Assembly (NCBI GenBank): GCA_008933805.1
Contig: WBUH01000005.1
Coordinates: 128,822-192,821 of the forward strand
Reading direction: 5' to 3'
From: Bacteroidota bacterium
GTDB lineage: Bacteria > Bacteroidota > Bacteroidia > UBA8524
Length of the DNA stretch: 64,000 bases
Part shown: piece after piece, positions 40,114 through 50,130 of the stretch
Numbering within the stretch: the first letter of the stretch is position 1
Layout: every line of letters starts with the position of its first letter
Translations under genes and position numbers: made by a program
Notes under the pieces: generated by a model
Told to the model about the DNA's origin: nothing
Databases searched by the model: none
The model's input: the letters and a program-made list of their open reading frames with translations, nothing else

Positions 40114-43053
40114 TTAATTTAATTTAAACCACTTTTCCCCGTTGCTCACTATTACAACTTTATCGTACTGTGAAGTCAGGCTGTATGATGCAGCCCCATT
40201 GATAAGCTCGCTTTCAAACCCATCGATATAAATAATATCACTTGAACTGTCGGTTTTTATAATTTCAAATATTTTACCGTTACGGTTTTGAGCTGTGGGT
40301 AAATTCACGGTAATCTCTCCATCGGTTGCATCACAAAACAACGTTCGGACAGCATCCGTAAGCGTGTAGGGAGAATCATCGTTCACGATAGAAACAGCAT
40401 CCCCCATCAACGCGGTAAAATACTTTTGGTTATTGATGTACAATACCCCGGGCTCAGTAACGGTGATGCCGCTACTGTTAATCAGTGTTACGTCTTGCAG
40501 CCCTGCCGAAATAAAATTACCCCCGCCGCCAAGCACTGTTATTCGCTCACTGCCGCTTAATACATTGTTATTAGTACCTGTAAGTAGCACCGAAGCAGAG
40601 GTGGTATCAATGGTATTAAACCAACCGGTAACTACCCGTGGTCCGTTATCAGGAGTGCCGGCAGGTGCAGCAGTGCCGCCTATTGTAGGTATTGTGTAGG
40701 TAGTTTCATTGGTTCCGAAAGTACCGCGCCCGCCATTAACCCTTGTACGGTTTTGCAATGGAGCATCAAACTCAAGTACTTTAATAAACTGGCACTTGGT
40801 AACTTTATTAAAAACAGGGTCGTAATTCTCAACTTTTAATAATCGGTAATACGCATCTTTAATAAAATAATATTTACGAAAGGACAGACTGTTAATATCA
40901 GCGGGTGTAAGATAAAACCAGCCTTCCACCAGTTTACTGTTAACGTCGGTTATCTCCTTAATTTGTGCATACCAATACCTTGTGTATAGGTTTTGGTTAG
41001 TGTATTCAAACAAGCGTTCTGATGTAGATTGATAATACACTTCAAACGGCGGGGCAAAACTCAGGTCAAATGTGCTTGAGTAGGGGTCGTCCAAATGACC
41101 GCTGTAAGGGTATTCATCAAATGGATAAGGACTAAAACCTGATGCATCAAATTGCCAACGTTCACACTCCTTTAACCCTCCGTAATACAGCAGGCGTATT
41201 TTACTTGCTTTTGAGGTAACAGGGGTTTTGTTGTCAGAAAAAGCTATGTAAGGCAAAACCCTTGAGTTAGGGTCGTTCAGCTCCTTAAACAAAGGTGTTG
41301 GGGCAAAAATTATCTCTATTTTTTTGGTGCTTTTTACAAAATCATTGTCAATTTTCAGCTTGTAGTCGCCATACGTGCGGTCAAAATTATTTTTATAGGT
41401 TTTATTCAATAAATCCCCGTCATCAGCATATTTAAAATAATATTGCCCTGCATCTAATGCCGACATCGGACTAATTGTGAACTCCTTACTTATATCCAAT
41501 TTATCGGTCCAGTCAGTAGACTGTCCGGTATAATAATCTGCCCTTGGTTCAATAATTAAATCCTTTTCTTTATCAGCGTTAGGTTCGGTATATAAATTAA
41601 AAGCCTTAATGATAGAGCCTAAAAAGTCACGTTGCTTAATCCCTGTCGGGATGCAAGAGTTAAGCGAAACTTCCTCCCCTTCGCTTACCTTAGCACTTGA
41701 TACTCCATTGGCAAAAAAAGTATTAGAAGTGGCTGCTGTAATTAGCTTATAACCGGGTCGTTTCTCTGATAAATATTTATATCCGTTATTAAGTACCAAA
41801 TAATCCAGCCGTATCGGGGCAACAAAAATTTGTTCGCCTTCTTTAATAGTTACCTCGTTTGATTGTAAAACCGCCGTTTTTTGGATACTGGTGATATTAT
41901 GACCCACCGATACAGGGTGTGTTTGTGGTGCAAAATATACGTTTGAGTTTACTGAACATAAGTGTTTATCAACTCCGGATACCCTGTGAACAATACTTAA
42001 AACAATATTAAAGTCGTTGTAATTATAATTATAGGTGGTAAAAGAGGTATTACGCACCTTACAATCAACGCTGGCTTTAAACTTATATTTACCTGTTTTA
42101 TTGCATGTAAATATTCCCGTAGTATTATCGTATTGAAATGAATTATCAAAATAGGGACTGCCGCTGTCGATATCAAAAATTATCGGCGAAACTCCCGAAA
42201 AAGAACCCGGGTCAGGAAGGAAATCAGTAGTTAATTCTGCTGAAAGTCCTGCGTAAAACAATCGGCTTTCAACTTCATCTTTGCTTAATAAAAACTGCTC
42301 GCTATTAAACGGTACAATCAGCCGCTTAAAAAATTCAGAATTAAAAAAATTACTGGTATAGGTAAATCCCGCCTTTTCAAAAATCTTATCAAGGTATTGT
42401 TTCACGTATATGGCAGGCCTAAACTGCTCAACACCCCAATGATCTTCGGCTGTGCCGGGGGTATATCGTTTTTGGTAGCCGTAATCAACCATCGGATACA
42501 CATATCCTTTACCCAACGCAAACGGAACTGTTACACCATCCTCATAAATTTGGGTTTCCCAAGAGTCAGCAATATTTCCACGGCTATAAATGTGGTCAAA
42601 CTCACTCATGTCAAGGTCGGTCAATTCACCTTTTACCACATTGCCCAAACTGTCTTTTTGATTATCAATGCTGGCAAACAAATTGCCTACCTCACCGTAA
42701 CAAACAATTTTATATTCAATCTTATTACCCTGCTCCACCACAATGTCCTTCAACTGGCAATAGCCTTTTAATTGGGTCAGGCTGTCAATAAAAATAATAA
42801 CGGGGGCTTTTTTATTGGGGTTAAAGTGTTTCACTGCCTGTCCCGTGTCAGGCTCACTTAAATCCACATTCACATCAAAAAGGTACCCGAACAACAGATC
42901 ATTGTTTGTGCTGCCGGGTATTTCAATCGTAAGAGTACGGTCGGTTTTTCGTTGCTCAGGGTTTTGTATGTCCACCAACTGCTTGGTAATATTCAAACTC
43001 ACCTCTTTCAGCAAATCAATCTGTGTACTATTAATAACTATTTGTGTTCTCAT
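40114..43053 (-). CDS. Phage tail tip/hub protein with C-terminal fibre-like domain
   Basis: TIEIPGS..ND.LF, YVYPMVDYG, RPAIYVKQY.DKIF, DFLGSIIKAFNLY, DWTDKLD; C-terminal TVNLPTA...G..FEIIKTD...INGA...QY...SNG.KW module. Confidence 0.75.
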   Translation of the reverse strand: MRTQIVINSTQIDLLKEVSLNITKQLVDIQNPEQRKTDRTLTIEIPGSTNNDLLFGYLFDVNVDLSEPDTGQAVKHFNPNKKAPVIIFIDSLTQLKGYCQLKDIVVEQGNKIEYKIVCYGEVGNLFASIDNQKDSLGNVVKGELTDLDMSEFDHIYSRGNIADSWETQIYEDGVTVPFALGKGYVYPMVDYGYQKRYTPGTAEDHWGVEQFRPAIYVKQYLDKIFEKAGFTYTSNFFNSEFFKRLIVPFNSEQFLLSKDEVESRLFYAGLSAELTTDFLPDPGSFSGVSPIIFDIDSGSPYFDNSFQYDNTTGIFTCNKTGKYKFKASVDCKVRNTSFTTYNYNYNDFNIVLSIVHRVSGVDKHLCSVNSNVYFAPQTHPVSVGHNITSIQKTAVLQSNEVTIKEGEQIFVAPIRLDYLVLNNGYKYLSEKRPGYKLITAATSNTFFANGVSSAKVSEGEEVSLNSCIPTGIKQRDFLGSIIKAFNLYTEPNADKEKDLIIEPRADYYTGQSTDWTDKLDISKEFTISPMSALDAGQYYFKYADDGDLLNKTYKNNFDRTYGDYKLKIDNDFVKSTKKIEIIFAPTPLFKELNDPNSRVLPYIAFSDNKTPVTSKASKIRLLYYGGLKECERWQFDASGFSPYPFDEYPYSGHLDDPYSSTFDLSFAPPFEVYYQSTSERLFEYTNQNLYTRYWYAQIKEITDVNSKLVEGWFYLTPADINSLSFRKYYFIKDAYYRLLKVENYDPVFNKVTKCQFIKVLEFDAPLQNRTRVNGGRGTFGTNETTYTIPTIGGTAAPAGTPDNGPRVVTGWFNTIDTTSASVLLTGTNNNVLSGSERITVLGGGGNFISAGLQDVTLINSSGITVTEPGVLYINNQKYFTALMGDAVSIVNDDSPYTLTDAVRTLFCDATDGEITVNLPTAQNRNGKIFEIIKTDSSSDIIYIDGFESELINGAASYSLTSQYDKVVIVSNGEKWFKLN

Positions 43054-44255
43054 AAACGTTGGCGGTAATTAGGTTGTGCTAATTGAATAGTAAGATTTAG
43101 GCTAAACAGCTTTTTGTTGGCATACTTTTTTACCTCGTAACTATCTTCAGTTATAGTTACTGCAACCGTTTTCTTTGGGTCTGACGGATCAATTTGCCAA
43201 TACACGGCCGGACTACCTGCCAGCTCTTGCAGCCAAACACTTTCTTCCTCCGTTATCCAGCCTGTATTTATTGAGTATTGCTCCGTTTCAACAGTATCAA
43301 AGTTTACTGTACCCCGTGCATACGAGTTATTTGTCCAAGCCATCGTATCCAAATCTGTATAGCCTGTAAACTTTTGGTAACCGCTGCGCTTAAACTGTGT
43401 AGTTTGCTTATGGCTGCCCGTAAACGTATAGCTGTCAAACCGTCCTAAACGGTTCAGAAAGTGCAACCTGAATAACTGATGGCGACCACAATCCCTATCT
43501 ACCACAAACGTGAAAGTCTCGCTAACTGGGCTGTTATCGCTTGCTAAAAAAACCACCGTGTAGCGTACCACCTCACTGGTAATGATACTGCCGCCCAAAT
43601 TGTATGGGCCGCACATAAAATCAAGCGAGTAGCTGATGCCTTGGTCGCTGCCTGAATACAACGTATGAGTAACTGTATAGGCATTAATCACTCCGCCCGC
43701 TGCATTGTATGTAGTTACCAACGCTTTAGACACCTGTTTACCAATAGAGATATGGCTCAGCGATGCGGCCTCATCCTCCCTTATTTTTAATGTGCGAGGC
43801 GAGTTTGTAAGCAGTCTCCTTTGTGTACCGCTTAACAAATCATAGTCGGTATAATCAAAGTCAATCCAATCAAGGTATTTCAACGCTGCATTAAATGCGT
43901 ACCCCGAAGCCGAAACCATACCGCTGGCAATAGGAAGGTTGTTTATTTCTTCGGTAAACTCAACCTTATAATCAGCCATTGTACCCCTTGCCACCTTAAA
44001 TCCTGTTGCACCTTTAGCAAGATTTTCAATTACAGGATTGTAGCGGGGTTCAAGCATACGGTGCACATCCGCTTGTATGTAGTTACCGTGCGGCCACTTA
44101 TCATATTTAAGTGTTTTTTTCAGCGTGCCTGCATGGTACACCTTAACTACCATTTTAAAATATTGGGTGGCCGCCAACGTGCTGCCCACAATAAACATCA
44201 TATCATTGTACACAGGGGTGAGTGCCTGCGGACGGTTGTGAAGTGTAATTGCCAT
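43050..44255 (-). CDS. Putative distal tail (Dit-like) structural protein
   Basis: FLNRLGRFDSYTF, NTGWITEEE...LQEL..SP.VY motifs resembling Bacteroidota phage tail proteins; 4-nt overlap with the tail-tip gene. Confidence 0.65.
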   Translation of the reverse strand: MAITLHNRPQALTPVYNDMMFIVGSTLAATQYFKMVVKVYHAGTLKKTLKYDKWPHGNYIQADVHRMLEPRYNPVIENLAKGATGFKVARGTMADYKVEFTEEINNLPIASGMVSASGYAFNAALKYLDWIDFDYTDYDLLSGTQRRLLTNSPRTLKIREDEAASLSHISIGKQVSKALVTTYNAAGGVINAYTVTHTLYSGSDQGISYSLDFMCGPYNLGGSIITSEVVRYTVVFLASDNSPVSETFTFVVDRDCGRHQLFRLHFLNRLGRFDSYTFTGSHKQTTQFKRSGYQKFTGYTDLDTMAWTNNSYARGTVNFDTVETEQYSINTGWITEEESVWLQELAGSPAVYWQIDPSDPKKTVAVTITEDSYEVKKYANKKLFSLNLTIQLAQPNYRQRL

Positions 44256-44329
44256 AAAATTTTTTCTTTTTAGTTTGATTTGAAAAAATTTGTTCGCGGC
44301 GAGTGACTCAAAGACTATATATTATACTT

Positions 44330-44842
44330 ATGAAATTCTGGCCTCAAAAAAAGTTTGTTATAGAAAGTGAATTATCTACTGGTGAGATAAAAGAGCGATT
44401 AAGAAAAGTAACTCATGAAGTAAAACCACAACGGATATTCCCCCGCAGGATCTTTAAAAAAACAACAGAGAATTTTGAAGGTGAAATTGAGTATGACCGA
44501 TTCGTAATAACGCCGGTGTATTATATCATCAATGGTTTTTTCGACCATAGCGACAGAGGTTACATTGTTCTCGAAGGCGAAATCAAGGCTTCAACCGATG
44601 GTAGCATAATAAACGTAACCACACAATTCAGTTACGGCATAAAACTATTTCTGCGAATAATGTACATATTAGTGGCTTTTATATTGGTTGCTTCACAATG
44701 GGCAGACCAAAAAAACGGTGCAAAAACATCCTTGCAAATGCTTGGTACAATATTGGGTATCATTCCATCGCTCGGTTTGTTTTTTATGCTGCTACGCCTT
44801 ACAAAAAAGAGTAAAGCTGCTTTTACCATGCTCTTTAAATAA
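44330..44842 (+). CDS. Hypothetical membrane protein (two C-terminal TMs), not phage-like
   Basis: ORF lying between the two divergent tail modules. Confidence 0.55.
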   Translation: MKFWPQKKFVIESELSTGEIKERLRKVTHEVKPQRIFPRRIFKKTTENFEGEIEYDRFVITPVYYIINGFFDHSDRGYIVLEGEIKASTDGSIINVTTQFSYGIKLFLRIMYILVAFILVASQWADQKNGAKTSLQMLGTILGIIPSLGLFFMLLRLTKKSKAAFTMLFK

Positions 44843-44915
44843 ATTCCTCATAGATAACAGCCTAGCCTCTCTTTTCACTTATCTAATTAATAGAAAAGAT
44901 TCCATCCCCTTTGCA

Positions 44916-44941
44916 GAAACAATCCCCGCTGTTTCCAATTA
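44916..44941 (+). promoter_or_regulatory. Shared virion-module motif (putative dedicated promoter), module C
   Basis: GAAACA-N13-CCAATTA, then 7 nt to ATG 44949. Confidence 0.65.
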
Positions 44942-44948
44942 ACAGCCG

Positions 44949-45599
44949 ATGAACATAGCAAAAAATTGGAACCAGATTTCTATAGGGCAGTTTCAGCAAA
45001 TAAATGCCGCCATTAAAAACTACCCTGATAATGCCATCACCCAAGCGGTTTGGATACTTAGCGCACTCACCGAAAATACCCGAGATGAGTTGCTTGCCCT
45101 TGATTTTACAAAAGATTTTAAACCCCTGATGCGTCAACTGGATTGGATACACAGTACCGCCCTACCCACCCAATTACCCAAACAGTTTGAATTGGAAGGC
45201 GAAAACTACCAATTGGTGTATGATATGAAACAGCGTACCACCGGACAGTTTGTCGATTTGGCTCATTTCACAGCCGACCCTGAGCAAATCATTCCCAACC
45301 TGCATTTCATACTTGCAGTGCTGTGCATACCTGTAGGTCAAAAGAACCATGCCGATGGCTTTGAACAACGGGCAAAGCTGTTTCAGCAAAAGCTAAGCAT
45401 AGCCATCGCATACCCAATTGCCACTTTTTTTTTGAAGCTTTGGGTCGACTCGTTGCCGCATATCCTAACTTATTTGGAACAACAAGCCGCCCCGAAGAAG
45501 AAGTGGTGGATGAAGATAATTGGTTCACTGCGCGCTACGGGTGGCTGGCTACGATTGATTCGGTTGCGGAAAACCGCACCCAATGGGACTTCTACCTGA
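44949..45599 (+). CDS. Tail assembly chaperone (gpG-like)
   Basis: W..ISIGQFQ.I, T.GQFVDL, NLH.ILAVL..P, ends near ...ATFF at a T9 slippery run; overlapped by a -1 frame ORF. Confidence 0.7.
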   Translation: MNIAKNWNQISIGQFQQINAAIKNYPDNAITQAVWILSALTENTRDELLALDFTKDFKPLMRQLDWIHSTALPTQLPKQFELEGENYQLVYDMKQRTTGQFVDLAHFTADPEQIIPNLHFILAVLCIPVGQKNHADGFEQRAKLFQQKLSIAIAYPIATFFLKLWVDSLPHILTYLEQQAAPKKKWWMKIIGSLRATGGWLRLIRLRKTAPNGTST

Positions 45600-45688
45600 T
45601 GATGCCCATTGTTGAGTTCTTAAACTACCTATGCTTTTTAAAAGACAAAAACGAATACCAAAGCACCCAAAAGCATGAGCAATATTAA
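45425..45688 (+). CDS. -1 frameshift extension of the tail assembly chaperone (gpGT-like)
   Basis: T-TTT-TTT heptamer at 45425-45431; -1 frame reads FEALGRLVAAYPNLF...FTARYGW..TI...EFLNYL.FLKDK to stop 45688; only a TTG start is available near its 5' end. Confidence 0.7.
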   Translation, partial: FFFEALGRLVAAYPNLFGTTSRPEEEVVDEDNWFTARYGWLATIDSVAENRTQWDFYLMMPIVEFLNYLCFLKDKNEYQSTQKHEQY

Positions 45689-46226
45689 TCAGCTACTTCG
45701 CCAAGCGTTTGAAGAGTTTGCAACCACTATTGAAACCGAGGCTCATAAAATATTGGCCGACGAGGGATTAGAAAAGGTGATACCCCAAACTGAAATCACC
45801 GATACTGCATTTGGAGTGAGTTATGAGTTTAGCCTTAGCGGACTTAACCCTTACATTGAATATGGCGTGAAAGGGGTTTTTTATACCCGCAAAGGGGCTG
45901 AAAACAGCCCCTTTCAATACAAACATTTAGGGCCATCGGAAAAAATGATTGACAATATCTTCTCATGGACATTGAAGAAAGGAATATTCGCCAAGCCTAA
46001 GAAGGCATCCCTTAAAAACAAACAGCCGAAAGAAGAAACAAGTAAAACAATTTACGACCGACAAATTGCATTAACGTTTGCCATAGCCCGAAATGTAAAA
46101 AAGCGGGGAATAGCACCCAAAGGGGTATTAACACAATTATTTACCGAAGAACGATTAAAAGAATTGTCTGAAAAAGTATCTGATATTGTCTGCAGAGAAA
46201 TTACCATCCAAGTAGCAAAACTGTAA
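45675..46226 (+). CDS. Neck/tail-completion protein (HK97 gp10-like)
   Basis: YIEYGVKG, I.SW..KKGI, FAIARNVKKRGIAP; basic; overlaps the gpGT-like stop. Confidence 0.6.
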   Translation: MSNINQLLRQAFEEFATTIETEAHKILADEGLEKVIPQTEITDTAFGVSYEFSLSGLNPYIEYGVKGVFYTRKGAENSPFQYKHLGPSEKMIDNIFSWTLKKGIFAKPKKASLKNKQPKEETSKTIYDRQIALTFAIARNVKKRGIAPKGVLTQLFTEERLKELSEKVSDIVCREITIQVAKL

Positions 46227-46316
46227 CTTTTGCATTTTCTGCAAAACATAATACTTGCAGTGGCAAATTTTACCAATTAATGTCGTCCACCGCTCCATAG
46301 TTTTGAAATACAAACT

Positions 46317-47147
46317 ATGAAAACCATTTACTTATTGATTGGGGCGGCCGTCTTTGCCTCTTGCTCACCTACTTCGCACGTACCAACAATGCCAAGCGAA
46401 CCTAATTTTACAGGCGCATTGCAGGCACAAGCAACAGGCGGGGTAGCTACAGACCACATTGAATTACAAGGTGCTGTCTCTGTTCTACCCTTTTTAGGTG
46501 TTACTTACGATTATTATTGGGGTACAAAAGGTATAAACCAACAGGAATATGGAGCTAATTTATTTTTCCCGGTAAACAACCAAAAAACGTGGTTTATTTC
46601 TTTTTCGGCAGGAAAGGGGAATGGTATTTTTAATGGGGATTACAAAACAAGCAGTGCATTAGTAGGTGCAGAAAAAAGTTATGCAATTGATACAAAATTC
46701 AATTCTGAATATCTCCAAGCATCCACTTATTATGTCGATAAAAGCAATACTGATGTAATAGTAAAATACTCAATAGCTTTTAAACAGGAAAACATTAGTT
46801 ATGATAGATTTAAGGTTGCTTATCGTAGTAGGTCCGGTCAAAGCTATTACACCTACAACATTCTCAGCGAAGCCGAAAACGCCCGAACAACAATAAAAAC
46901 TGCCTTCATCGGAGTAACAGTAGAGCCAAAAAAGAGGCCGCTTATCATGCAATTTCAATTAGGTGTAAGGGACGTTACACGAGGATTTAAAACCACAATC
47001 ACAGCGATGAGTGGAGGCACAAGTATTAAATCTGGTATTGATATTCTTAACGCACAACTACACCCGCTTTTCGAACCCTTTATGTTCAATATGACCGTTG
47101 GTTTTAAGCTTGATTATTTCAAACACCGTACTAAAAAGAGAATATGA
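46317..47147 (+). CDS. Putative outer-membrane lipoprotein (paralog family member 3)
   Basis: FASC lipobox; P.MP..P.FT...HIELQGA; C-terminal beta-strand. Confidence 0.6.
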   Translation: MKTIYLLIGAAVFASCSPTSHVPTMPSEPNFTGALQAQATGGVATDHIELQGAVSVLPFLGVTYDYYWGTKGINQQEYGANLFFPVNNQKTWFISFSAGKGNGIFNGDYKTSSALVGAEKSYAIDTKFNSEYLQASTYYVDKSNTDVIVKYSIAFKQENISYDRFKVAYRSRSGQSYYTYNILSEAENARTTIKTAFIGVTVEPKKRPLIMQFQLGVRDVTRGFKTTITAMSGGTSIKSGIDILNAQLHPLFEPFMFNMTVGFKLDYFKHRTKKRI

Positions 47148-47923
47148 AACCTATTTACCTGATTTTAATTAGCCTACTTATTACCTCGTGCGGAATTAAG
47201 AGAAATACTTTCATCGCCCTTTTGCCCAATAACCCGATGTTTACTGAAAAGGGCGACGTTACTTTCAATTCAGCAGCATCGCCCACGCATATAGAGTTTC
47301 AAGGCAGTTGTGCAATCACCAACCATTTAGATATCACCGTAGGGCGGTTTTATGGCGGCAGTCCCCGAAAAAGCGATGAAATAGGAATTAATGCTTACTC
47401 CAGAGTTTATAAATCCCTGTACTTTTCAACGGGATTCGGCTGGGGGAAAACCGCAATTAATAATAAACATGAAAGTGCTTTTATAAGCAATGAAAACATT
47501 AACGTTAGAGTAAATTACAACACACTCTTTGTACAACCTTCACTATACTTAGTACTACAGGATGAGGACATGGATGCCGCAACACGGGTTGGCATCTCGT
47601 TCAAATACGGAATAAACACCCTAAATGATTATTATTACTACACTTTTGAAAACGAATGGCACTCAAGCCGATTGAGTGAAGAAACTATTATTACTGCCGA
47701 TAGGCAACGGTTTTTCAGTGTCAGCCCATTGCTGTCGGTAGAAAGGAGTATCGGCAATTTCACCGTTGGCATACACACAGGTCTTGCGCTAACTTCATCA
47801 TTCAAGGCAAGGTATCAATACCATACGCCAAACTCGTCGTGGAACAATCGCGACTATTTTATACAAGAAGACTTATACTACATGCCTTTTGTTTTTAGTG
47901 GTTTTATCGGCATCCGCTTATAA
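47144..47923 (+). CDS. Putative outer-membrane lipoprotein (paralog family member 4)
   Basis: ITSC lipobox; LPNNPMFT...HIEFQGS; ends FSGFIGIRL. Confidence 0.6.
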   Translation: MKPIYLILISLLITSCGIKRNTFIALLPNNPMFTEKGDVTFNSAASPTHIEFQGSCAITNHLDITVGRFYGGSPRKSDEIGINAYSRVYKSLYFSTGFGWGKTAINNKHESAFISNENINVRVNYNTLFVQPSLYLVLQDEDMDAATRVGISFKYGINTLNDYYYYTFENEWHSSRLSEETIITADRQRFFSVSPLLSVERSIGNFTVGIHTGLALTSSFKARYQYHTPNSSWNNRDYFIQEDLYYMPFVFSGFIGIRL

Positions 47924-47982
47924 AACAAAAACCCCTCACCCGTATTGCAGGATGAGGGGAAATATTAAAAAAAAGAAAAAAT

Positions 47983-48309
47983 CTAGACGGCAAAGCTTTC
48001 GCCACAACCGCAAGTGCGGGTAGCATTGGGGTTGATGAAGTTAAAACCTTTACCATTCAGCCCGTCGCTAAAATCAAGCTCGGTACCGATTAAATAAAGG
48101 AAACTCTTCACATCCACCACCACTTTTACGCCATTATCTTCAAAGGCTTGGTCGCCATCTTTCAATTCGTTATCAAAATCAAGCTTGTACGATAAGCCTG
48201 AACAGCCTCCGCCAGCCACCGATACACGCAAAAAGTATTCGCTGGGAAGGTTTGCTTCGCTGCGCAGAGCATACACACGCTCTTGTGCTTTTGGTGTTAC
48301 TGTTATCAT
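47983..48309 (-). CDS. iscA: Fe-S cluster assembly A-type carrier
   Basis: GGGCSGLSY, NPNA..TCGCGESF. Confidence 0.93.
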   Translation of the reverse strand: MITVTPKAQERVYALRSEANLPSEYFLRVSVAGGGCSGLSYKLDFDNELKDGDQAFEDNGVKVVVDVKSFLYLIGTELDFSDGLNGKGFNFINPNATRTCGCGESFAV

Positions 48310-48389
48310 TTTCTTAGTCTTCTGTTTTAAGTTTACAGTTTTAAGTTATTATGCTGCTTACCCGATAACGGATAACCGATATAACCAAC

Positions 48390-48794
48390 TTAATGTTTCT
48401 CTTCAATTGCAGGTAATCCGTTTTTAACGCGGTAATCATTAATTGCAGCCTTTATAGCATCTTCTGCCAATACCGAGCAGTGAATTTTTACCGGAGGCAA
48501 TGAAAGCTCTTCAACAATATCCATATTGTCAATAGCAAGGGCCTCATCAACCGTTTTACCCTTCAGCCACTCTGTAGCCAATGATGACGAAGCGATAGCA
48601 CTACCGCAACCAAATGTTTTAAATTTAGCATCGGTAATCATTCCGTCGTCACCCACCTCAATTTGCAAACGCATTACGTCTCCGCATTCAGGGGCACCTA
48701 CAAGGCCGGTACCTACGTTGTTTTTGCTTTTATCCAACGTCCCGATATTGCGGGGGTTGCTGTAATGGTCTATTACTTTTTCTGAATATGCCAT
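48390..48794 (-). CDS. iscU: Fe-S cluster scaffold
   Basis: GAPECGD, FKTFGCGSAIASSS, LPPVKIHCS. Confidence 0.96.
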   Translation of the reverse strand: MAYSEKVIDHYSNPRNIGTLDKSKNNVGTGLVGAPECGDVMRLQIEVGDDGMITDAKFKTFGCGSAIASSSLATEWLKGKTVDEALAIDNMDIVEELSLPPVKIHCSVLAEDAIKAAINDYRVKNGLPAIEEKH

Positions 48795-48898
48795 GATTTT
48801 AGTTTCAAGTTTTTAGTTTTCAGTTTCAAGTTGCTTTTGGCAACCACATCAATGTATATAATTTGCACATTATCAAATTTGCACATCGGCACATTTGA

Positions 48899-50113
48899 TT
48901 AATGTTCTTGCCACTCTATACTTTTTAAATCAATACCCTCTTTAAACATTTCCCACAACGGGCTCATGTCGCGCAACTTGGCAACCGCTTCCTTCACGTG
49001 AGAAATAGTATAATCTATCTCTTCTTCGGTGGTGTATTTACTTAACCCGAAACGAAGCGAAGAGTGTGCCAATTCGTCATCCAACCCTAAGTTTTTCAAT
49101 ACATACGAAGGCTCTAAAGATGCCGATGTACAAGCCGAACCCGATGAAACGGCGATGTCTTTCACACCCATCATCAAGCCTTCTCCCTCAACATATTTAA
49201 ACGATATGTTTGCTACGTGAGGCAAACGGTGTTCTTTATTACCGTTCAAATACGCTTCTTCCACTTCCAGCAAACTGGTTTCTAACCTATCGCGCAAAGC
49301 ACGCAAACGTTTTGCATCGCTTTCCATTTCGGCAATGGCTATTTCGCAAGCCTTACCAAAACCCACAATACCGGGCACGTTTAGTGTTCCGCTGCGCATT
49401 CCGCGCTCGTGTCCGCCACCGTCCATTTGGGCAGTAACTTTTACCCTTGGATTTTTGCGGCGCACATACAAAGCACCAACCCCTTTAGGACCGTACATTT
49501 TATGTGCTGTAAACGAAAGCAAATCAATACCGTCAGCAATCACATCCACGGGTATTTTACCGGTAGCTTGTGTGGCATCAGTATGAAAAAGAGCTCCGTG
49601 TTTTTTGGCAATAGCCGATATCTGGCGAATAGGTTGCACCACTCCTATTTCATTATTGGCATACATTATAGTTACCAAAATGGTATCGGGGCGCATGGCC
49701 TTTTCTAGTTCGTCAAGATTAATCAATCCATCTTCACCCACAGCAAGATACGTGATTTCGGCACCTAGTTTTTCAAGGTGCTTACAGGTATCCAATACCG
49801 CTTTGTGTTCTGTAGTGGCAGTAATAATGTGTTTGCCTTTTTCGGCATACATTTCAAATACTCCCTTTATGGCAAGGTTGTTACTTTCTGTAGCTCCCGA
49901 AGTAAAAATAATTTCCTTTTCGTTGGCGTTTATCAGTTTGGCAACTTGCTCGCGGGCATAATCAACAGCCTCCTCGGCGCTCCATCCAAATGGATGGTTG
50001 CGGCTGGCTGCATTCCCAAAATTTTGGGTAAAATAAGGTATCATAGTTTGCAATACACGCTCGTCAACAGGCGTGGTTGCATTGCTATCAAGATATATGG
50101 GCAGTTTTAACAT
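48899..50113 (-). CDS. iscS: Cysteine desulfurase
   Basis: [35 protein letters not shown]. Confidence 0.96.
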   Translation of the reverse strand: MLKLPIYLDSNATTPVDERVLQTMIPYFTQNFGNAASRNHPFGWSAEEAVDYAREQVAKLINANEKEIIFTSGATESNNLAIKGVFEMYAEKGKHIITATTEHKAVLDTCKHLEKLGAEITYLAVGEDGLINLDELEKAMRPDTILVTIMYANNEIGVVQPIRQISAIAKKHGALFHTDATQATGKIPVDVIADGIDLLSFTAHKMYGPKGVGALYVRRKNPRVKVTAQMDGGGHERGMRSGTLNVPGIVGFGKACEIAIAEMESDAKRLRALRDRLETSLLEVEEAYLNGNKEHRLPHVANISFKYVEGEGLMMGVKDIAVSSGSACTSASLEPSYVLKNLGLDDELAHSSLRFGLSKYTTEEEIDYTISHVKEAVAKLRDMSPLWEMFKEGIDLKSIEWQEH

Positions 50114-50130
50114 TGTGTGCAGAATTTGAC

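Noticed and set aside
37666..46226. Contractile injection system, R-type tailocin or T6SS
   Set aside because: No sheath, baseplate wedge or VgrG/PAAR genes were recognised, and head genes are present.
34690..46279. Other CCAATTA occurrences (34690, 46273)
   Set aside because: They lack the upstream ACA at 13 nt and an ATG 7-8 nt downstream. My scan was by eye and not exhaustive.
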